19,333 bases of DNA from Candidatus Iainarchaeum sp. Lineage in GTDB: Archaea; Iainarchaeota; Iainarchaeia; Iainarchaeales; DTGL01. Both the position numbers and the translations under genes were made by a program. Of the stretch, positions 8,006 to 16,035 are shown one piece after another. The stretch's first letter is position 1; every line of letters starts with the position of its first letter. The notes beneath the pieces were generated by a model. The model worked only from the letters and a program-made list of their open reading frames with translations. It was not told the DNA's origin and did no database searches. The stretch is taken from contig JAWALG010000024.1 in assembly GCA_038886995.1 (NCBI GenBank), positions 1-19,333 of the forward strand. Direction: 5' to 3'.

Positions 8006-8968
8006 TTAAGAGTATTTCATGAACTGTGCTAGCATTGCCTCAAGTTGTATGCGCTCATTTGCGCCTTCGACTATGCGGTAATTGTATTCAGCAATAACAT
8101 TTACAAGTTCAATCTTCACTTTTGTAGGTATCGCCTTTTCATCCATCTCTATAAGTTCGCGGTAGAGCTGCACAATTATATCTTCGCCGCTCATGCCATA
8201 CTCATACATAAGTTTGGTTAGTAGTTCTCTGGCTTCGGTAAACTTCTTGCTGAAAGCAAGCTTTATCAGCTCTCTTATCTCAACAGGCCTTGCCCTGCTT
8301 GAAACGCTGTACACAATCTTATCGGTTATTTTTTTGCCCAGGAATGCAGAACCTTGCAATATGTTTATCGCTTTTCTTAAGTCACCTTCGCTAGCATAAA
8401 CTATTGCATCATAAGCAGAGTCCTCAACTTCAAGCTTCTCTTGCTTTGCTATCTCAGAAAGCTTTTTCTTGATTTCAGCATCTGTGAGCGGTGAAAACCT
8501 GAATATGACACAACGCGACTGTATTGGCTCAATTATCCTTGACGAGTAATTGCATGAAAGTATGAAGCGAGCTGTTTTTGTGTAGCATTCCATTGTCCTG
8601 CGCAATGCCTGCTGTGCATCTGCTGTCAAGGCATCTGCTTCATCTAGAAATATTATTTTGAAGTCGGCATTAAAAGCGAGAGTTCTTGCGAAGTCCTTTA
8701 TTGTGTTTCTAACTACATCTATGCCGCGTTCATCGCTAGCATTAAGCTCAAGGAAATTCTGCTTGAAGCCCTGCTCACCGAAAAGCGCCTTAGCAAGTGC
8801 TATAGCACTGCTAGTTTTTCCTACGCCAGCAGGCCCTGAGTAAAGCTGGTTTGGGACATTCCTGCTTTTGGCATAACTATTCAATCGCTCTATTATATTG
8901 CTTTGGCCTACTATATCTGCTAAACTCTTAGGCCTGTATTTTTCAACCCAGGGAATCTCAACTTGCAA
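8006..8968 (-). CDS. rfcS: Replication factor C small subunit
   Basis: PWVEKYRP, GPAGVGKT, ELNASDERGIDVVR, DEADALT, IIEPIQSRC, GDLRKAIN. TTG start with AAGGTG SD. 320 aa, no intein. Confidence 0.97.
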   Translation of the reverse strand: MQVEIPWVEKYRPKSLADIVGQSNIIERLNSYAKSRNVPNQLYSGPAGVGKTSSAIALAKALFGEQGFKQNFLELNASDERGIDVVRNTIKDFARTLAFNADFKIIFLDEADALTADAQQALRRTMECYTKTARFILSCNYSSRIIEPIQSRCVIFRFSPLTDAEIKKKLSEIAKQEKLEVEDSAYDAIVYASEGDLRKAINILQGSAFLGKKITDKIVYSVSSRARPVEIRELIKLAFSKKFTEARELLTKLMYEYGMSGEDIIVQLYRELIEMDEKAIPTKVKIELVNVIAEYNYRIVEGANERIQLEAMLAQFMKYS

Positions 8969-9063
8969 GCAAACACCTTTTAAGAAGAGTAGTGAAAACA
9001 GTTTTTAAAGCAAACCCAGCGGCATAGATAAGAAATATAAAATATTCAACATCTATATTCTCT

Positions 9064-9696
9064 GTGGTTTTAATGAAATTCAGCGAAGTGAATATTAAAT
9101 ACATTGTGATTGCTCTTTCAGCAATCTTAGTATACGCTTTAACATACTTTTCAGTTATTGCTTTGAGGGAGTGGGGTGTTGATTTATACGATTGGTCTTT
9201 CACTTCCAAAAGATATAATGCAATGTACGGCTTTGCGCCAGTTGCTGCTTTTGTTCTAGTATTTTTTGGGTTGATGTACTGGAAAAATCATTTCAATGAG
9301 AAGGCGCCGATTCTGCTTGTTATCTATGTCATTGGTGTATTTGCGTTGCTATTTGCTTTTTGGCTGAACCTGTGGTTTTTTTACAGCGATCGTGCCAGCA
9401 TGGTGATAAGAAGCGCACGAGAAGAAGTTGATAAGATAAATCTTATGAAACCAGAACTTGGCGCCACGCTAAACGCAAGCTATGGTGTTTGCATGGCAAA
9501 CTGCAAACAACAGAGTGGCTTTGGATGCACACAAGCACTTGAAGGTACAAAGCTCACGCTTAATTGCGAAGTAAACTACTTCAGTGAGTTCAAGCAGTCA
9601 GCATTTTTCCCTTTCTGGCTTGCATCAATTTTTTCAGGGCTGTTTTTCTTTGCTTATCTTTTAATAGAAGGGATTATAGAGGAAAAAAGTGCTTAA
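9064..9696 (+). CDS. Hypothetical multi-pass membrane protein with a Cys-containing soluble loop
   Basis: About 4 hydrophobic segments and a loop carrying 4 Cys (CMANC...GC...NC). Fills the gap between rfcS and the methylthiotransferase. Start may be the ATG at 9073. Confidence 0.75.
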   Translation: MVLMKFSEVNIKYIVIALSAILVYALTYFSVIALREWGVDLYDWSFTSKRYNAMYGFAPVAAFVLVFFGLMYWKNHFNEKAPILLVIYVIGVFALLFAFWLNLWFFYSDRASMVIRSAREEVDKINLMKPELGATLNASYGVCMANCKQQSGFGCTQALEGTKLTLNCEVNYFSEFKQSAFFPFWLASIFSGLFFFAYLLIEGIIEEKSA

Positions 9697-9720
9697 ACAT
9701 AATCTTAGTTTTGATTTTTT

Positions 9721-10968
9721 ATGGCAAGTTTTTACATAGAATGGCACGGTTGCTCCTTAAACAAGTCAGATACTGAAAAGTTAAGATATGCACTTTTTAG
9801 TAAAGGCCATGAGCTTGTTGAAAGGCCTGAAAAAGCTGATTTCTACATAATAAATACATGCGCTGTCAAATCCCCAACCGAAGAAAAAATGATTTCGCGG
9901 CTAAAAGAACTTAAGGAGATTGCAAAGAAAAGCTCTGCAAAGATTATCGTGGCTGGTTGCCTTGTTGAGATAAACAAGGAGAGGATAAAAAAGATTTTAC
10001 CAGAAGCCTTGCTTTTTGGTGTTGATGCTGAAGGCCTTAGCAAATACCTTGGCATAGAACTATCTTATGAGCCAACAGCAAAAGCGCTGCCATACAATGA
10101 ATGCATAACAATAATTCCTGTTTCAAGGGGCTGCTTAAACAAATGTGCTTATTGCTGCGTAAACATAGCGAGAGGAAATCTTAGAAGCTACAGCATTTCT
10201 GAGATAAACGAAGCTTTCAAAGCCGGAATAAAAAAATCTTGCGAAGTTTGGCTTACTGCCACTGATTTAGCTTGCTATGGCTTTGACATTGGAACAGACA
10301 TTTCAAAGTTATTGCAAAAACTGCTTGAAAATGAAGGAAACTATAGGATACGGCTTGGCATGCTTAATCCGCAACACGCGAAAAAATATTTCGGTTCTTT
10401 GCTGGAAGTTATGGAAGATGAGCACGTTTACAAATTCTTCCACATTCCTGTGCAGAGTGGTTCAGATGATGTGCTCAAAAGCATGCGGCGTGGCTATAAA
10501 GCAGGGGACTTTGAAAAAATGGTTCGGGATATTAGATTAAAGTTTCCAGATGCAACAATTGCAACTGACATAATTGTTGGCTTCCCTGGTGAAAGCCCTG
10601 ATGATTTTCAAAAAACCATTGCTCTTGTTAGAAACACAAGGCCTGATATAGTAAATGTCTCAAGATTCGGAAAAAGGCCTGGAACATATATTGGAGAAGC
10701 ACAGTTAAAAAGCGAGATAGTAAAAGAAAGAAGCAGAGTTCTTTCAAAGCTTGTGAAAGAAATTGCACTAGAGAAAAACAAGGCCTTTGTTGGCAGAAAA
10801 ATGAGTGTTCTTTTTTCTGAAAAAGGCGCCAAGGGTGGCTTTCTTGGAAGGGCTTTTAATTACAAGCCAATACTCGTGCATAAAGCCAAACTGAGCCAAT
10901 TCTCTGATGTGGTAATTAAGAAGGCGTTTGCGACACACCTAGAAGGAGAATTAGTATCTGAAAGTTAA
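9721..10968 (+). CDS. Radical SAM tRNA methylthiotransferase (MiaB-like; e-MtaB/CDKAL1 type, ms2t6A37)
   Basis: UPF0004 domain (GCSLN, NTCAVK, GCL), CxxxCxxC CLNKCAYC, HIPVQSGSD, TDIIVGFPGE, C-terminal TRAM-like region. Confidence 0.9.
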   Translation: MASFYIEWHGCSLNKSDTEKLRYALFSKGHELVERPEKADFYIINTCAVKSPTEEKMISRLKELKEIAKKSSAKIIVAGCLVEINKERIKKILPEALLFGVDAEGLSKYLGIELSYEPTAKALPYNECITIIPVSRGCLNKCAYCCVNIARGNLRSYSISEINEAFKAGIKKSCEVWLTATDLACYGFDIGTDISKLLQKLLENEGNYRIRLGMLNPQHAKKYFGSLLEVMEDEHVYKFFHIPVQSGSDDVLKSMRRGYKAGDFEKMVRDIRLKFPDATIATDIIVGFPGESPDDFQKTIALVRNTRPDIVNVSRFGKRPGTYIGEAQLKSEIVKERSRVLSKLVKEIALEKNKAFVGRKMSVLFSEKGAKGGFLGRAFNYKPILVHKAKLSQFSDVVIKKAFATHLEGELVSES

Positions 10969-10994
10969 ATTGGCAGTTCTTACACAAAGAATTG

Positions 10995-11002
10995 TTTATA
11001 TT
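10995..11002 (+). promoter_or_regulatory. Putative TATA box for metG
   Basis: TTTATATT 25-32 nt before the ATG at 11027, preceded by an A-rich BRE-like stretch; no SD. Confidence 0.45.
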
Positions 11003-11026
11003 AATATTTTTTATAAGAAATAACTT

Positions 11027-12553
11027 ATGCGCACCAAAACCAGAACCCGAAAAAAAGGAAAATTTTACATAACCACGGCAATAGATTATCCGAATGCTGA
11101 CCCTCACTTAGGCCATGCTTATGAAAAATTATGTGCTGATGTTATTGCAAGATGGCACCGCTTGTTAGGCGAAGAAGTTTTTTTCCTTACTGGCACAGAC
11201 GAGCATGGGCTTAAGATAATGCGCTCTGCACAAAAAGCCGGCTTAACTCCAAAGGAATTTGTCGATAAGCAAGCAGCAAAGTTCATTGAGTTGTGCAAAC
11301 TCTGGAACATAAGCAACGATCGCTTTATAAGAACAACCGAAGAAGCGCACATCAAAGTTGCTCAAGAAATTTTCAACAAGATTTATAAGAAAGGAGATAT
11401 ATACCTTGGGCAATATTCTGGGCCTTACTGCACTGACTGTGAAACATTTTACACGGAAAAAGACCTCAAGAACGGCTTATGCCCAATACATGCAAAAAAG
11501 TGCGAGATTGTTAAAGAAGAATCATATTTTTTCAGGCTTGGAAAGTATAGGGATTTTATATTGGACTATATGGAAAAAAATAAGGTCTCCATAATTCCTG
11601 ATAGCAAAAAGGAGGAGATAAGGAACCGATTAAAGCAAGGGCTTGATGAATTGAGTGTCTCTAGAACAAGCTTTGATTGGGGTGTGCCTGTGCCAATTAA
11701 TCCTAAACACGTGCAATATGTTTGGATTGATGCTTTGATCAACTACATAAGCGGCATTGATTATCCGGGTGAGCGCTTTAAAAAGTTCTGGCCTGCTGAT
11801 GTGCATATTATTGGCAAGGACATTGTTTGGCACCACACAGTGATATGGTGGAGCATACTCAAGTCAGCAGGCATAAAACCGCCAAAAACAGTTCTTGTGC
11901 ACGGATTCATATTGAGCGAAAGCGGGCAAAAAATGAGCAAAAGCACAGGCAACGTCACTGATCCAATTGAGCTTGCTAAAAAGTACAATGTTGATGCTGT
12001 GAGGTATTACCTGATAAGGGAAACGCCTTTCGGCGAGGATGGTTTTTTTTCTGAACAAAAGCTAATTGAAAGGAATAACACTGAGCTTGCAAACGATTTG
12101 GGAAACCTTGCAAACAGGATCCTTGCGCTGATCTCGCAAAAGAGCCAAGGTCTTGTACCGAAAGGACACCTTGACAAAGAAATTGCAGCAAAAATGAACA
12201 TTGAGAAGATTAAAAAGCACTTTGAAAGATTTGAGCTTCACTTGGCTATTGCCGAGGTAATGGCTTTTGTAAAGCAATGCAATCAGTACATAAATGAAAA
12301 AGAGCCCTGGAAAAAAAGCGGTGCAGAACTAAATGATTTGCTTTACACGCTTTCTGAATGCCTTCATGCGATAGCGGTTATGCTTAGCCCATTTATGCCA
12401 GAAACGGCAGATAAGATTGCTAAGGCCTTGAAAACAGATGTTTGCTCAATTGAACACATTTTCTCAGGCAAATGCCTAACTCAAAAAAAGGTTGAAAATA
12501 AATGCATACTGTTTGAAAAAATACTGGTCAATGAAAAAGCAAAAACATTTTAA
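11027..12553 (+). CDS. metG: Methionine--tRNA ligase, short single-knuckle bacterial-like type
   Basis: FYITTAIDYPN..PHLGHAY, TGTDEHG, CTDCE...CPIH..KC zinc knuckle, YVWIDALINY, GKDI, KMSKS. 508 aa with no C-terminal tRNA-binding domain. Confidence 0.96.
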   Translation: MRTKTRTRKKGKFYITTAIDYPNADPHLGHAYEKLCADVIARWHRLLGEEVFFLTGTDEHGLKIMRSAQKAGLTPKEFVDKQAAKFIELCKLWNISNDRFIRTTEEAHIKVAQEIFNKIYKKGDIYLGQYSGPYCTDCETFYTEKDLKNGLCPIHAKKCEIVKEESYFFRLGKYRDFILDYMEKNKVSIIPDSKKEEIRNRLKQGLDELSVSRTSFDWGVPVPINPKHVQYVWIDALINYISGIDYPGERFKKFWPADVHIIGKDIVWHHTVIWWSILKSAGIKPPKTVLVHGFILSESGQKMSKSTGNVTDPIELAKKYNVDAVRYYLIRETPFGEDGFFSEQKLIERNNTELANDLGNLANRILALISQKSQGLVPKGHLDKEIAAKMNIEKIKKHFERFELHLAIAEVMAFVKQCNQYINEKEPWKKSGAELNDLLYTLSECLHAIAVMLSPFMPETADKIAKALKTDVCSIEHIFSGKCLTQKKVENKCILFEKILVNEKAKTF

Positions 12554-12589
12554 TATTTCATGTTTCTTATATCATAAGGAGGTTTATTT

Positions 12590-13147
12590 ATGATCTTGGT
12601 TTTGATTCTAGTTGGCATTATCGTATTGTTTCTAGTGATCCTTATTGCACTTTACAACAGCCTTGTTGCAATGAGAAACAGGGTCAAGAACGCTTGGTCG
12701 CAGATAGATGTGCAATTGAAAAGAAGGGCTGACCTCGTGCCAAACCTTCTGGAGACAGTGAAAGGTTACATGAAGCATGAAAGGGCAACACTTGAAGCAG
12801 TTACTAAAGCAAGAGCTGCGCTTGTGAGCGCAACAACAGTGAAGGAAAAAGCACAGGCAACAAACATGCTAACAGGTGCGCTAAAAAGCTTGTTTGCAGT
12901 GGCTGAAAGCTACCCTGACTTAAAAGCAAGCCAGAACTTTTTGCAGTTGCAAGAGGAGCTAAGCGGCATTGAAAACAAGATAGCCTATGCAAGGCAGTTT
13001 TACAATGATTCAGTGATGAGCTATGATATAGCATTGCAGAAATTTCCCACTAATATAGTAGCTGGGATCTTTGGTTTCAAGAAAGAGTTTGACTACTTTG
13101 AAGCTGGAGAAGCTGAACGTGCAACTCCAAAGGTAAGCTTTGAGTGA
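12590..13147 (+). CDS. lemA: LemA family protein
   Basis: N-terminal [60 protein letters not shown]. Confidence 0.95.
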   Translation: MILVLILVGIIVLFLVILIALYNSLVAMRNRVKNAWSQIDVQLKRRADLVPNLLETVKGYMKHERATLEAVTKARAALVSATTVKEKAQATNMLTGALKSLFAVAESYPDLKASQNFLQLQEELSGIENKIAYARQFYNDSVMSYDIALQKFPTNIVAGIFGFKKEFDYFEAGEAERATPKVSFE

Positions 13148-14043
13148 GCACTATGCAGATGTGGGATGCCGCCGCTGCGAACAGACGCAACGGCGCAATT
13201 ATTCTTTTTATTTTTATACTTTTCATATTTGGGCTAGTTTGGCTCCTAAACTATGCTTTTGGATTTGGAGAGGTCTTTTTAATAATCGCATTTATAATAG
13301 CACTCATATTCAGCTTTTCGTCTTACTATTACTCAGATAAAATAGTGTTAATGATAAGCGGAGCAAAGCCGGTAAGCCGTGAGGAAAACCCTTACCTTTA
13401 CCATCTTGTGGATGGCTTAGCAATAGCTGCAGGGATTCCAAAGCCAAGGTGCTATATAATAGATGACACAGCACCAAATGCTTTTGCAACGGGAAGAAAT
13501 CCTGAAAATGCGGTTATATGTGTTACTACTGGGCTTTTGCAGAAAATGAACAGGGCTGAGCTTGAAGGGGTTATAGCACATGAGATGTCTCACATTAAGA
13601 ACTACGATATAAGGTATATGACAATTGTCGCTGTTTTGGTTGGCACTGTTGTGCTTCTCAGCGACTGGATGCTAAGAGCTTTCCTTTGGGGTGGCGGACG
13701 GAGAAGCAGAGGAAGCAGAGGGGGTGGCTTAATTATTGTTGTTGCTATAATAGCAGCGATATTAGCACCAGTGGTTGCTACTTTGATAAAGTTGGCCTTG
13801 TCTAGGCAGCGAGAGTATTTGGCTGATGCTGATGCTGTTGCTTTAACACGATACCCTGAAGGGCTTGCTTCTGCGCTTGAAAAGCTTGCGGCAGACAAAG
13901 AGCCGCTTGAAGCAGCAAACCGGGCAACTGCACACCTCTATATAGTAAATCCATTGAAGAGTGACATTGGGAGCAAAATTGGCGGTCTTTTTAGCACACA
14001 CCCGCCTATAGAGGAGAGAGTTAAAAGATTAAGGTCAATGTAG
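13144..14043 (+). CDS. htpX: Zinc metalloprotease HtpX (M48 family)
   Basis: [40 protein letters not shown]. Overlaps the lemA stop; GTG at 13144 or ATG at 13153 as start. Confidence 0.95.
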   Translation: MSTMQMWDAAAANRRNGAIILFIFILFIFGLVWLLNYAFGFGEVFLIIAFIIALIFSFSSYYYSDKIVLMISGAKPVSREENPYLYHLVDGLAIAAGIPKPRCYIIDDTAPNAFATGRNPENAVICVTTGLLQKMNRAELEGVIAHEMSHIKNYDIRYMTIVAVLVGTVVLLSDWMLRAFLWGGGRRSRGSRGGGLIIVVAIIAAILAPVVATLIKLALSRQREYLADADAVALTRYPEGLASALEKLAADKEPLEAANRATAHLYIVNPLKSDIGSKIGGLFSTHPPIEERVKRLRSM

Positions 14044-14199
14044 TTAGTGCCTTTTTGCAGTTGCTGCTATCTTTTTTAACCTCGGACCTATCTTTGAAGT
14101 ATTTCTTTTAGGTTTTTCCTTTTTGGGCTGCCGCCTTTTACCAAACAATTGCTCCATTCTTCTTGCAAGATATGCGGTAGAAGGCCTTATCACAGGCAT
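14044..14199 (-). CDS. Small highly basic hypothetical protein (51 aa)
   Basis: Manual translation MPVIRPSTAYLARRMEQLFGKRRQPKKEKPKRNTSKIGPRLKKIAATAKRH*. The stop abuts the htpX stop, GTGATG precedes the ATG, and a TTTATA box lies upstream. Not in the ORF track. Confidence 0.6.
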   Translation of the reverse strand: MPVIRPSTAYLARRMEQLFGKRRQPKKEKPKRNTSKIGPRLKKIAATAKRH

Positions 14200-14257
14200 A
14201 ACATCACAAAATTAGAAATATAAAAACTTGTTAATAATACTTTGCGTCAAGAAGAAA

Positions 14258-14357
14258 CGCCGGGAGTGGGATTTGAACCCACGAGTGCTTTCGCACACCA
14301 GCTTCCTTGTACATTTAATCTCGAGGCTGGCGCATTGGACCGCTCTGCCATCCCGGC
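14258..14357 (-). tRNA. tRNA-Ser(CGA) with a 16-nt intron at 37/38 (intron 14304-14319)
   Basis: Acceptor GCCGGGA/TCCCGGC with G73, D-arm GCA..TGC, anticodon stem CCAGC/GCTGG, loop CT-CGA-G^A, long variable arm GTGC-GAAA-GCAC, T-arm GTGGG-TTCAAAT-CCCAC. No encoded CCA. Confidence 0.93.
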
Positions 14358-14382
14358 ATACAAATAGTTCTTTGAAAGTGTT

Positions 14383-15504
14383 TTAATTGCTTTCAGTTTT
14401 GAGAAACTCTGAAAGCTTTTCTTTGATCCTAATCTCACGGTAAGCATAATCTATTGAGCTTTGTGATATTGCGCCTACAAGAACACCTGAGTCAAATACT
14501 GGTACAAGCGCATAGCCCTTAGTCATAAACTTTTCAAGTATCTTGCTTGGGGGCATATCAACGCTGACTGGCTCCACATAAACAGAATAGTTTCCAACTG
14601 GTTCTAGAGGAAGTATTTTCTCAGGAAGATTGTCAAGATCAAATACTCCGTACTTGTCTGATCCAAAGTCAACAAGGCATGCAAATTTTCTTTTTGAAAG
14701 CAAAAGCCTTATTACGTGGCCAACGGGTGTTTGTGCTTCTACAATGATCGGCCTCTTATCTATTATCTTATTTGCTTTTATGTTTTCCAGTGCGTGCTTT
14801 GCCTCAACAACCCTTGCTTCTTCCCTAGAGCCAAAAAATATGAAAACTGCAATCACCATAAGAATTATGCTTTGGGCTGCAAAGCTTATAATGAAAAGGA
14901 AAATAGCTATTATTGCACTTATTGTAGTTGCAATCCTTGTTGCTTTCAGCAAGCCCATTTTCATGCTGAGCAAAGATCTCAAAACTCTGCCACCGTCGAG
15001 AGGTAAGGCAGGCACTAAAAGGTTGAAAGAACCTAGCATTAGGTTTACATAAAGCAATGTGAAAAAAGGGTAGTAAAGGAAGGCCTTATCAACATCTGTA
15101 GCAGTAGCACTGCTGGAAAGCAAGTGCCATGGGAAAAGATTTGGCAAAAAAGCAACTATTAAAACAACAACAAGAACAACGGAGAAGTTAAATATGGGGC
15201 CGCTTACTGAAATAAAAAATTCATCGCTTGGCTTTTCAGGAATCTCTTCAGCAACTGCTATGCCACCTATTGGCAAGAGCAAGATTCTTTGCACTGAAAT
15301 ACCTCGCTTAATTGAAACTATGCCGTGGGAAAGCTCATGGAAGACAACGCTCATAAAAAGGAAAAAGAAAAGCATTGCTGTGGAAAGCATGCTTTCAATG
15401 CCTTCGGCTAAAGCTGAACCTAGGATGAATAAAACCAAAAGAACGAATGACCAGTGGAGTTCTATGGTAATGCCGAAAGGCCTTCCAAGGACAATGGAGC
15501 GCAT
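14383..15504 (-). CDS. Site-2 protease (M50, SpoIVFB-like) with C-terminal CBS-like domains
   Basis: GITIELHWSF, HELSH zinc motif, LLPIGGIA, E..ISVSGP, FNLLVPALPLDGGR, followed by a CBS-pair-like region (..LVPVFDSGVLVGAIS). Confidence 0.92.
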   Translation of the reverse strand: MRSIVLGRPFGITIELHWSFVLLVLFILGSALAEGIESMLSTAMLFFFLFMSVVFHELSHGIVSIKRGISVQRILLLPIGGIAVAEEIPEKPSDEFFISVSGPIFNFSVVLVVVLIVAFLPNLFPWHLLSSSATATDVDKAFLYYPFFTLLYVNLMLGSFNLLVPALPLDGGRVLRSLLSMKMGLLKATRIATTISAIIAIFLFIISFAAQSIILMVIAVFIFFGSREEARVVEAKHALENIKANKIIDKRPIIVEAQTPVGHVIRLLLSKRKFACLVDFGSDKYGVFDLDNLPEKILPLEPVGNYSVYVEPVSVDMPPSKILEKFMTKGYALVPVFDSGVLVGAISQSSIDYAYREIRIKEKLSEFLKTESN

Positions 15505-15578
15505 AACAATCTCATAAAATTAGAAAAAGAAAAAAAATAATAAAGAGGGCTTTTGACAGCCCGGGATAGAAGAACTCT

Positions 15579-15875
15579 TTACTGAAGTTCGATCTCTATG
15601 CCGCCAATTATGCCTACAATGAGGTTGTAAAGAAAGGCTATTATTGCTCCAGCTATGAATCCCGAGATAAGCCCAATTATTGGGAAAATTATCACCGACA
15701 AAATACCAAGGCCTGCTAAAGTACCGCCAGCCTCTGGTGAAATGCCACCTGTTGCTGCGCCTAGAAGGCCAAATCCCAAAGCCATAAAAAGGCCGGCTAT
15801 GAAATACAAGATGGCGTATAGCACCGCCATTACTTTAGCGCAGGATAAAACCCCAATCTTCCTCAATACTTGCAA
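15579..15875 (-). CDS. Small membrane protein, DUF3566-like
   Basis: LRKIGVLSCAKV...two Gly-rich TM helices...A.LYNL...IGGIEIEL. A perfect GGAGGTGA SD at 15882-15889 favours the TTG at 15875 over that at 15881. Family assignment is from recalled similarity. Confidence 0.75.
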   Translation of the reverse strand: MQVLRKIGVLSCAKVMAVLYAILYFIAGLFMALGFGLLGAATGGISPEAGGTLAGLGILSVIIFPIIGLISGFIAGAIIAFLYNLIVGIIGGIEIELQ

Positions 15876-16035
15876 AACCAATCACCTCCAAAGTGATCAT
15901 ATCAATTTAGTATTGTTACTCATATTTAAACCTTTGCTAAAGCCATTTTCAGAGATATTAGCATTTTCGAAACTGTGAAACGATAAAAATAATAAGGAGT
16001 GATAAGATTATATTTAAAAATTCGTGGTGTTTAAT

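Noticed and set aside
8006..8968. Intein in RfcS
   Set aside because: The sequence is continuous through Walker A and the sensor motifs at normal length (320 aa).
14258..14357. Alternative reading as tRNA-Leu(GAG) or a pseudo-tRNA
   Set aside because: The stem register puts CGA at 34-36 after U33, G73 fits Ser, and all arms pair once the 16-nt intron is removed.
14247..14447. 66-aa minus-strand ORF
   Set aside because: It spans the tRNA-Ser gene and the end of the protease gene; a spurious translation.
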